From Candidatus Undinarchaeales archaeon (lineage in GTDB: Archaea; Undinarchaeota; Undinarchaeia; Undinarchaeales; JALTGF01), in the NCBI GenBank assembly GCA_046483005.1, contig JAWOEA010000004.1:23323-87322 (forward strand): 64,000 bases of DNA, in the 5' to 3' direction. Of this stretch, positions 56,692 through 64,000 are shown piece after piece; the stretch's first letter is position 1, and each line of letters begins with the position of its first letter. The notes beneath the pieces are model-generated. The model saw only the letters and a program-made list of their open reading frames with translations, made no database searches and had not been told where the DNA came from. A program made the position numbers and the translations under genes.

Positions 56692-59316
56692 TTGAAAAGC
56701 ACTTTACATGCCCCAATTATGACTATAAAATTTAAAGAGAAGCCCGCTACAGATAAATTGATCCTCTCAGAACTGGATCCCTTAGTCAGGAAATGGTTCA
56801 AGCAGAAGTTTGGGAAATTCTCAAAACCCCAAAAATATGGAATTTTACCGATCCATCAGGGAAAAAATATTCTAGTTTCAGCTCCAACCGGCTCCGGAAA
56901 AACACTTCTTGCATTTCTTTCAATTTTAAATGAACTAATTGTTTTAGCAAAAAGAGACGAACTTGAAGATAGAATTTATGCACTTTACGCTTCTCCTTTA
57001 AAAGCACTGTCAAGAGACATTGAAATAAACCTGAAAGAACCGCTGGAAGAAATGGAGGAAATTCATAGAGAATCTCTTGGAATTAGAATAGCAGTAAGAA
57101 CTGGAGATACAAGCCAGTACGAAAGACAGAAGATGCTGAAAAACCCGCCTCATATTTTAATCACTACTCCCGAAACTCTTGGAATTGTTTTGGTAGCTCC
57201 AAAATTCAAAAAGAAAATGATGGATATCAAATGGGTAATTATAGATGAAATCCATGCCCTTGCTCCAAATAAAAGAGGCGTTCATTTGTCTCTTTCACTA
57301 GAACGGCTTCAGAATTTAGCAGGACCTTACATACGAATAGGCTTAAGTGCAACAGTTGCTCCTCTTGAAGAAATGGCAAAATATTTAGTAGGTTATGAAA
57401 AAGGAAAATTGAGAGACTGTTTAATTGTTGATGTCCAATTTACGAAAGAATTAGATTTAAAAGTTTTAAGCCCTGTTAAAAATATAATCAGCGCGTCTCA
57501 GGATGAAATGCAGGAGAGTCTATATGAGTTAATGGACGACTTAATTCAGAAGCATAGAACAACACTTGTTTTTACAAATACAAGGTCTGCAACTGAAAGA
57601 GTAGTCCATCATTTAAAGACAAAATTCCCTAAAAAGTATGTTGAAAATATAGGGGCCCACCACTCCAGTTTATCAAAAGAACACCGGCTTGAAATCGAGC
57701 AGAAATTAAGAGACGGAGAATTAAAATCAGTTGTCTGCTCAACTTCTCTGGAATTAGGAATTGACATAGGGTATATCGATTTAGTCATTCTTTTAGGGAG
57801 TCCTAAATCGGTAGCAAGAGCTCTTCAAAGAGTAGGAAGGTCTGGTCATCAATTGCATGACAAGATAAAAGGAAGATTCATCGTAATGGACAGAGATGAC
57901 TTAGTCGAATGCGCAGTCATGCTCAAAGATGCAGTTGAAAAGAAAATCGACAGAATTAAGATACCCAAAAATGCACTTGATGTTCTTTCCCAGCAGATTT
58001 ACGGCATTGCAATTGGAAATCAGCAGCATATTGAAACTGTTTATGATTTAGTAAAAAGAAGCTACTGCTACCATGATTTAGAAAGAGAAGAATTCATGTC
58101 AGTTATTGATTATCTGGCAGGAGAATATGTGTCTCTTGAAGACAGAAATGTCTACGCAAAGATATGGCATAACAAAGAAAAAGGATTAATTGGAAAAAGA
58201 GGAAGACTTGCCAGAGCAATTTATTCAACAAACATCGGAACAATACCTGATGAATCTTATTTAACAGTTAAACAGAAAGATGAACCAATCGGAAAAGTCG
58301 AAGAAGCATTTTTAGAAAGAATTAAGAAAGGCGATATTTTCGTTCTTGGGGGAAAAACATACCGGTTTAATTATGCCAGAGGAATGACTATTCAGGTAAC
58401 TCCTCAACCAAATAAAGTGCCAACCGTTCCAAGCTGGTTCTCCGAGATGCTCCCTTTGAGCTACGACCTTGCCCTTGAAATTCAAAAATTCAGGAGAAAA
58501 ATGGAGGAGCAGTTTAAGGCTGAAAACTCAGAAAAAGAAGTTAAGAAATTTATTAACGATTATCTATATCTAAATGAATATGCAGTCAACTCAATCTATC
58601 AATATTTTAAGGAGCAGTATTTGTATGCAGAAATTCCTCATGATAAAAAATTAGTAATCGAGTTCTATCACGGTTTCTCAGATAAAAAGTATGTAATTTT
58701 CCATTCCCTTTACGGAAGAAGAACAAACGACGCCTTGTCAAGAGCAATCGCCTATTTAATTTCAAATGTAAAAAGAAAAAACATTGCAATTAACCTGACA
58801 GATAACGGCTTCTATTTAACAACAAACTCCGGAAAACTACAGGTACTGCAGGCTTTGAAAAAATTAAAATCTAATACTCTAAGATCAACTTTAAGAAAAG
58901 CAGTTGAAAAAACGGAAATTTTAAGAAGGAGGTTCAGACACTGCGCCGGCAGGTCTCTAATGATTTTAAGAAACTACAAAGGAAGGAAGAAAAGCGCCGG
59001 AAAACAGCAGGTCAGTTCTAAAATTCTACTTAGTGCAGTAAGAAGAATCTCAAAAGACTTTCCCATTCTAAAAGAAGCAAGGAGAGAAGTACTTGAAGAT
59101 TTAATGGATGTTAAAAATGCAGAAAAAGTACTGAAAAAACTGGAAAAAGAAAAGATTGAAGTAAAAATAATTGCAACAGATGTTCCAAGTCCCTTTGCAT
59201 TAAATTTAATTGCAAGAGGATACATGGATATCTTAAAAATGGAGGACCGACTGGAATTTGTCAGAAGACTTCACAAGACAATTCTGGAAAGGATTGAGCC
59301 CTATGAAACTGACTAA
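56692..59316 (+). CDS. lhr: Lhr-core ATP-dependent DNA helicase (SF2, DEIH)
   Basis: It has APTGSGKT and DEIH motifs, a winged helix, and the Lhr C-terminal domain. 874 aa. Confidence 0.8.
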   Translation: MKSTLHAPIMTIKFKEKPATDKLILSELDPLVRKWFKQKFGKFSKPQKYGILPIHQGKNILVSAPTGSGKTLLAFLSILNELIVLAKRDELEDRIYALYASPLKALSRDIEINLKEPLEEMEEIHRESLGIRIAVRTGDTSQYERQKMLKNPPHILITTPETLGIVLVAPKFKKKMMDIKWVIIDEIHALAPNKRGVHLSLSLERLQNLAGPYIRIGLSATVAPLEEMAKYLVGYEKGKLRDCLIVDVQFTKELDLKVLSPVKNIISASQDEMQESLYELMDDLIQKHRTTLVFTNTRSATERVVHHLKTKFPKKYVENIGAHHSSLSKEHRLEIEQKLRDGELKSVVCSTSLELGIDIGYIDLVILLGSPKSVARALQRVGRSGHQLHDKIKGRFIVMDRDDLVECAVMLKDAVEKKIDRIKIPKNALDVLSQQIYGIAIGNQQHIETVYDLVKRSYCYHDLEREEFMSVIDYLAGEYVSLEDRNVYAKIWHNKEKGLIGKRGRLARAIYSTNIGTIPDESYLTVKQKDEPIGKVEEAFLERIKKGDIFVLGGKTYRFNYARGMTIQVTPQPNKVPTVPSWFSEMLPLSYDLALEIQKFRRKMEEQFKAENSEKEVKKFINDYLYLNEYAVNSIYQYFKEQYLYAEIPHDKKLVIEFYHGFSDKKYVIFHSLYGRRTNDALSRAIAYLISNVKRKNIAINLTDNGFYLTTNSGKLQVLQALKKLKSNTLRSTLRKAVEKTEILRRRFRHCAGRSLMILRNYKGRKKSAGKQQVSSKILLSAVRRISKDFPILKEARREVLEDLMDVKNAEKVLKKLEKEKIEVKIIATDVPSPFALNLIARGYMDILKMEDRLEFVRRLHKTILERIEPYETD

Positions 59317-60022
59317 CAATATTGAAGCAAGCGGTCTTGCACTTTATCTAGAAAAAAAGAAAACTTTAGTTATATCTGATTTACACTTAGGAATAGAAAG
59401 CAGCATGCACAGGTCTGGCTTTTTAGTTCCAAGATTTCAGTTCAAAGAAATAAAATCAAAGCTGGAAGAAATCTTTGAAAAATTATCTCCTGAAACGATT
59501 ATAATTAACGGGGACTTCAAGCACGAATTTGGAAAGATTCCAAAACAGGAATGGAGAGAAGGATTAAGAATGATTGATTTTTTATTTGAAAATACAGATG
59601 AACTTATACTTACAAAAGGAAACCACGATCCGGTTTTATTTCCAATTGCAGAAAAAAGAAAGGTTCCAATCAAAGAAGATGGGATTTTAATTGGAAGTAC
59701 TTACATAACCCACGGCGACAAAATTCCAAAAAACAAGGAGTTTGAAAAGGCAGATACTGTAATAATTGGAGATGTCCATCCTGCAGTCAGTTTATCTGAC
59801 AAAGGCGCTTCTGAAATCTATAAGTGCTTTCTGGTTGGAAAGTTCAACGACAAAAAATTACTTGTTCAGCCGAGTATGTCCCAGTCCTCTATCGGTTCAG
59901 ATGTTTTAAAAGAAAAAGTAAGGAGTCCTTTTCTAAAAGGCAGTCTTGACAATTTCAATGTTTTTGTATCTGCAGATAAAATAATGCATTTTGGAAAAAT
60001 AAAAAATCTCAGGGAACAATAG
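59303..60022 (+). CDS. metallophosphoesterase (MPE) partner of Lhr
   Basis: Calcineurin-like motifs DLHLG, GDFKHE and GNHD. The start is placed at MKLTNN, whose ATG overlaps the lhr stop codon (gene overlap 59303..59316). Confidence 0.7.
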   Translation: MKLTNNIEASGLALYLEKKKTLVISDLHLGIESSMHRSGFLVPRFQFKEIKSKLEEIFEKLSPETIIINGDFKHEFGKIPKQEWREGLRMIDFLFENTDELILTKGNHDPVLFPIAEKRKVPIKEDGILIGSTYITHGDKIPKNKEFEKADTVIIGDVHPAVSLSDKGASEIYKCFLVGKFNDKKLLVQPSMSQSSIGSDVLKEKVRSPFLKGSLDNFNVFVSADKIMHFGKIKNLREQ

Positions 60023-60365
60023 TTTTCAAAAAATCAAGAACGATTATAATTACTGTCAGATAAAATAAATTGCTTCTGTAGAATTCAACGAGGATATTTC
60101 CGTCCCCATACATCCCTCTCAAAAGAATCATTGAAAAAATAACAAGTATTATTGATATTAAACCAATTACTGGAGTAAAGCCGTGGTGGAATAAATGAGC
60201 CATTGTTGATACAATTATTACAACAGCAAAAGCCGAAATCAATACTGGAGAAACTCCTCCTTTTGTAAATGAAAGAAAAGCAACTGCCCCTCCGAATATA
60301 ACGACTAAAAAAGTCCCTACCAAACAAACTGGATCAAAGTGCCCTTTAGTGTTTCGAGTTATCAT
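60009..60365 (-). CDS. small membrane protein (3-4 TM)
   Basis: It is hydrophobic throughout. Confidence 0.35.
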   Translation of the reverse strand: MITRNTKGHFDPVCLVGTFLVVIFGGAVAFLSFTKGGVSPVLISAFAVVIIVSTMAHLFHHGFTPVIGLISIILVIFSMILLRGMYGDGNILVEFYRSNLFYLTVIIIVLDFLKTIVP

Positions 60366-60660
60366 CTCGAATATAATATTGACTTTCTTTAAATATCTTT
60401 TTGAAATTAATTGTCTTTATTTATCGTTTTTTAATAATTTAATTGTCATACTTTTACTGTCATCAGACAAATTAGAGTCTTCAATTTCTTTCATTGTGTT
60501 TTCCGTAGTAGTATCTTCAGATTCGTCTAATGATATTTTTTCCATTGTCATTTTTATTTCATCTCTTTTTTTTATGTAGTTATAAAATATAATTAGGTTA
60601 GATAGTATTTATTTTTTTAGTTTAAGCAACCAATCCTATAATTTATATGTTTATTTGCAT

Positions 60661-60822
60661 AATAATTGATATGCCTTGGAAAATAAAACCTATCGATAAA
60701 TCAAAAATAAAAAAAGATAAATTATTATTAGAAAACCTTTTAGGAGAACTTTCAAAGAAAAAAGAAACTCCTAAAGTGAAAAAGTTAAAAGCAGAAATTG
60801 AAAAGATAAAAGAAGAACTCTA
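60661..60822 (+). CDS. small Lys-rich coiled-coil peptide (53 aa), convergent with the rSAM gene; speculative
   Basis: Manual translation: MPWKIKPIDKSKIKKDKLLLENLLGELSKKKETPKVKKLKAEIEKIKEEL. Confidence 0.2.
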
Positions 60823-60825
60823 GAA

Positions 60826-62133
60826 TTAATTTATAGTTTCTACAAGAATCGGCAACTCACTATTTTTACTTTCCAATATTTTTTTAATGCCTTTTTTAAT
60901 TTCTTCTCTTTGTAGTTTACAAAATTTTTCTGGAGGATCAGTATAACTTTTATTTTTTTCCTGATTTTCAACATAACAACTGCCTCCACAGTTCCACTTT
61001 GCAAAACATTTCTCGCATTTTTTGGACTTATGTATGGTAATTGATCTTATTTTCTTCAATTTATTTTTATTCATTTCAACACCTTTTGTAGTAACTTTAC
61101 CACAAATAAATTTATCATAGCATTTTCTATCAGCGTCCGTCATACCGTAACAGGTAGTTATATCTTTATTAGGAAGAACCATTAAATCTCCCGCGGGCAC
61201 TCCGCAATAAATACATTTAAGTGTAAAAATGTCTTTTAGTGTTTTTCTAGGTATTTTCACTGTTATCTCCTTTTTTTTGCCTAATGTTTTAGCTTTTTTA
61301 TATGATTTAATCAATTCTGATCTCTTTGGCGCTTTTATATTTGTTTTTAAACAGCGTCCTTTTTCTAAAACAACGCTCATGCCTAATTTTTTTATTCCAA
61401 GTTTTTTGGCATTTTCTATAATCTCTTCAATTTTATCACTTTCTTTTTTTGTCATAGGAAATGATATCATATAATCTACTCCAAATTTATTTAAGAGCCT
61501 AATATTTTTCTCTATCATTTTATATGATTTTTTACCGGAAGCAAGAGGTCTGTATTTATTCTGAAATTTTTTCAATAAATGAGCAGTAATTATTACTTTT
61601 GTATTATTTTCTTTAAACCACTTTGCAACTTCATCACTAAATGTCCCATTTGTAAATATTCTTGTAGCTATCTCTAAATTTTTTTTAGATGTTTTTTTTG
61701 CATATTCAACTGATTTTTTCATCAGTTCAAATTCAAGGGTCGGCTCCCCACCATAAAAGTAAATAACTAGTGTATTGGATTTTTTTGGAAGTGTCTTTAA
61801 TTTATAGTCAATAGCTTTTTTTGCAGTATTCCAATCCATCGATTTTTTATTTTTACCGCCTGAAACGTAACAGTAAATGCATCTCATATTGCAATTCTGT
61901 GTTAAAAGCAAACCAATTTCATTTGTTGTTTTTGGTTTTTTTAAACGCTTAGCGACCGGATATTTTTTTGCTTTGTTTTTTAAAGTCTCTAATGTTTCTG
62001 ACTTTGTAATTTCTCCTATTATGCCTTTTCGAGGACAATAGAATATCTTTTTTTCACCAATGTCTATCAAAAAATATTCCGAGTTTTTTTTAGAATTTAT
62101 TATATCTTCATATACTATCCTTTTTACAGTCAT
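60826..62133 (-). CDS. radical SAM enzyme with C-terminal SPASM domain and an ~80-aa N-terminal extension (peptide-modifying maturase candidate)
   Basis: The rSAM motif is CNMRCIYCY (Cx3Cx2C). The SPASM motif is CEKCFAKWNCGGSC (Cx2Cx5Cx3C), preceded by extra Cys (CIYCGV, CYDKFIC). Confidence 0.8.
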   Translation of the reverse strand: MTVKRIVYEDIINSKKNSEYFLIDIGEKKIFYCPRKGIIGEITKSETLETLKNKAKKYPVAKRLKKPKTTNEIGLLLTQNCNMRCIYCYVSGGKNKKSMDWNTAKKAIDYKLKTLPKKSNTLVIYFYGGEPTLEFELMKKSVEYAKKTSKKNLEIATRIFTNGTFSDEVAKWFKENNTKVIITAHLLKKFQNKYRPLASGKKSYKMIEKNIRLLNKFGVDYMISFPMTKKESDKIEEIIENAKKLGIKKLGMSVVLEKGRCLKTNIKAPKRSELIKSYKKAKTLGKKKEITVKIPRKTLKDIFTLKCIYCGVPAGDLMVLPNKDITTCYGMTDADRKCYDKFICGKVTTKGVEMNKNKLKKIRSITIHKSKKCEKCFAKWNCGGSCYVENQEKNKSYTDPPEKFCKLQREEIKKGIKKILESKNSELPILVETIN

Positions 62134-62235
62134 TTTAATTACCTTTTAGATTTCTAATTATGATTACTGAGACTACTTGTTCTCCTTATTTATGAAAATT
62201 CTCTTACGATTTACTATTTTTTTATTTATACTGTA

Positions 62236-62424
62236 TTAGAACATAGAAGAATCCGGCGCTGCCCAGCAATAATTGCATGCCTTTATAGTATTCTCGTCTT
62301 TATGTTCAATCATTGCACCTTTAACTTTATCTTTACAACTTGGATCAAGATCTAGTTTTACTACTTTAGTCATTATGTCTTCTACCTTTTTGTCTTTTAT
62401 TCCTTTACCTTTTCCATTTGTCAT
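62236..62424 (-). CDS. 62-aa Lys-rich peptide with C-terminal Cys/Trp core (CNYCWAAPDSSMF); candidate precursor peptide for the downstream rSAM/SPASM enzyme
   Basis: It lies 102 bp upstream of the rSAM gene on the same strand. A strong SD, ggaggtga, sits 8 nt before the ATG, and a TATA-like tatattaa about 35 bp upstream. Three Cys lie in the C-terminal half. Confidence 0.45.
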   Translation of the reverse strand: MTNGKGKGIKDKKVEDIMTKVVKLDLDPSCKDKVKGAMIEHKDENTIKACNYCWAAPDSSMF

Positions 62425-62508
62425 TTTCTAGTTCACCTCCTTTTCCATTTTATCTTAATATACTTTAATTAAACAAACTTTATATCTTTTCCCATCTACT
62501 TTTAAGAT

Positions 62509-63522
62509 ATGAATATCACAAAAAGCAGAGTATCTGAACTCTGGAAATTAAGCAGAGAAAAATATCCGGACAAATATTCTCTATCTGAAAAAAGCAATAA
62601 CTTACTAAAAGAAGAAAAAATACCAATTTCTGTTCCAACTCTCCATTTTAAATCAGAAAACATTTCAGCTTATCAAAGCCATTCACAGAGGTCTGCCTGG
62701 CTGCATAAACCTTGGAAATCAAAAAAAGTTTGGTATCCGGGAATAGAATACAAGGGAATAGGTGACAACGGAAATAAAATAAGGTCTTTGGGAAAGACTG
62801 CCTGGGGCGGACTTGAATTAGAAAAAACAACCCTAGAGCATAAGTTTTCAAGAAAAGCATTCAACGCCGGAATTTTCTGCCAGAGACCGATTGCCTGCTA
62901 TGAATACGGCGAATTCAAAGGAAAAAAGTTAGCAGTTTTGGTCAGAACATTTGTTTCTCCTTTAAGGCTGTCTGATTTCCATTTTGATGAGGAATTCCTT
63001 TCGAAATATTTGGACTTTAGAGAACAAACTGAAGAAGAATATGTAAACTCATTAGCAGAAATACTTGGAAAAAACGTAAGAAAATTATTCGATATTGGTC
63101 TAATCCACGGCTCGTTAGAAATGAATAATATAACTACAGAAGGAGAACTGGCTGATTTTGAACCAACAAGCGGAGGAACATGGGAAGGCGTAATGGAAAA
63201 CAAGGAGCCGAAATTTAGAGTTTTAACTTTAACAAGACTATTTTCAGCCATTAATGATATTTTTACTGAAACGGATACCTTTCTAAATACTTTTACAGAA
63301 ATGTTTTTCAATAAAAATATAAGTTTAAGTTCAAATTTCCCTGAAAAAGAAATAGTAGAAAAGTATATAGGAAAGGAACTTACTGAAGAAGACCTGAAAA
63401 TTAAGTTTCCCGAATTTAAAAATATAGAGAAAGCAAAGAAAATTCTCAAAAAAGCCAGAAAGAAAACCACTTCTGAAAAGGAAAAGAAACGATTAGATTT
63501 TATTTTGAAAGAACTAGGTTAA
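62509..63522 (+). CDS. hypothetical protein, possibly protein-kinase-like fold with atypical catalytic loop
   Basis: IHGSLEMNNITTEGELADFE resembles the kinase HxDxxxxN...DFG region, but the catalytic Asp is replaced by Ser. It is divergent from the peptide/rSAM pair. Confidence 0.3.
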   Translation: MNITKSRVSELWKLSREKYPDKYSLSEKSNNLLKEEKIPISVPTLHFKSENISAYQSHSQRSAWLHKPWKSKKVWYPGIEYKGIGDNGNKIRSLGKTAWGGLELEKTTLEHKFSRKAFNAGIFCQRPIACYEYGEFKGKKLAVLVRTFVSPLRLSDFHFDEEFLSKYLDFREQTEEEYVNSLAEILGKNVRKLFDIGLIHGSLEMNNITTEGELADFEPTSGGTWEGVMENKEPKFRVLTLTRLFSAINDIFTETDTFLNTFTEMFFNKNISLSSNFPEKEIVEKYIGKELTEEDLKIKFPEFKNIEKAKKILKKARKKTTSEKEKKRLDFILKELG

Positions 63523-63561
63523 ACGCCAATATTTTTATACTTCTTTTCATTATCAACTCCC

Positions 63562-64000
63562 ATGCACTTAATACCCAAAAAGTCAAGCCTTAAAAAATTC
63601 TGGCGGATTATGAGCTACTCCAAAGCCCATAAATGGAACTTTGTGGTTTTGTTCATTCTAACAATTTTAATTTCAGGAATCGCACTTGTAAATCCTTACC
63701 TAGTTAAAATCTTAATTGATGATGTTTTATTGTCTCAGAATTTCGATTTATTTTTCCTAATTCTTCTAGTATTTTTGGGAATGTTTGTTGTTGGCTCCCT
63801 AATAAATATTGCACTCAATTATGTATCAACTAAATTGACTGCAAATCTTGTTTTAGATGTAAAGAAAGATCTTTTCGAGCATTTAGAAAACCTCCATCTT
63901 GGTTTTTATCATTCAAAGAAAGTAGGTGATATTCTCTCAAGATTGAATGATGACGTTTACGGCGTTGAAGCTTTTTTAAAAACAGTAATTAATGAGGTTC
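63562..64000 (+). CDS. ABC exporter transmembrane domain (type I, MsbA-like), truncated by the window end
   Basis: Manual translation gives MHLIPKKSSLKKFWRIMSYSKAHKWNFVVLFILTILISGIALVNPYLVKILIDDVLL...DVKKDLFEHLENLHLGFYHSKKVGDILSRLNDDVYGVEAF. This is the canonical ABC exporter TM1-TM3 and signature region. Confidence 0.65.
   Translation, partial: MHLIPKKSSLKKFWRIMSYSKAHKWNFVVLFILTILISGIALVNPYLVKILIDDVLLSQNFDLFFLILLVFLGMFVVGSLINIALNYVSTKLTANLVLDVKKDLFEHLENLHLGFYHSKKVGDILSRLNDDVYGVEAFLKTVINEV

Noticed and set aside
60421-60552. 43-aa acidic peptide ORF on the minus strand (MTMEKISLDESEDTTTENTMKEIEDSNLSDDSK...)
   Set aside because: It is short, with no supporting promoter or SD context and no conservation evidence. 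It is probably a chance ORF in an AT-rich spacer.

Overview
This window reads as a compact, AT-rich archaeal chromosome segment. The evidence is archaeal-type TATA boxes about 25 bp upstream of start codons, leaderless genes, and the archaeal replication proteins PolB, PolD DP1/DP2, Orc1/Cdc6, Hef, RadB and Cdc48. Lysine-rich low-complexity inserts in many proteins suggest a DPANN-like or similar small-genome archaeon (inference). Most of the window is housekeeping, packed into operons with overlapping stop and start codons. The genes include: polB, HAD hydrolase, TsaC/Sua5, Met-aminopeptidase, histone-fold protein, cdc48, radB, pyrD, pyrK, pyrC, prs, rpiA, type IA topoisomerase, malic enzyme, a serine-metabolism trio next to serS, M17 leucyl aminopeptidase, agmatinase, M50 protease, Get3/ArsA, purB, hef, an origin of replication (oriC) followed by orc1, polD small and polD large, LigT, thioredoxin, YjbQ, mgtE, and lhr plus its metallophosphoesterase. 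One tRNA-Pro(CGG) lies on the minus strand. The non-housekeeping signals are: (1) at the 3' end of the window, a radical-SAM/SPASM enzyme immediately preceded by a 62-aa Cys-containing peptide with its own SD/TATA, divergent from a kinase-like protein and an ABC exporter — a candidate RiPP-type peptide-modification cluster; (2) a ~3.7 kb cassette (two wHTH regulators, small membrane-protein paralogs, hypotheticals) bounded by two mutually inverted arrays of a TCTCACA motif spaced 56-121 bp; (3) an unannotated oriC with G-string-bearing ORB elements in opposite orientation around an AT-rich unwinding element; (4) a tandem family of three small paralogs sharing a ~63-bp promoter-containing repeat, one copy frameshifted; (5) two 7x heptamer pyrimidine tracts upstream of lysine-rich protein genes. 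I found no CRISPR array, rRNA, integrase or transposase.
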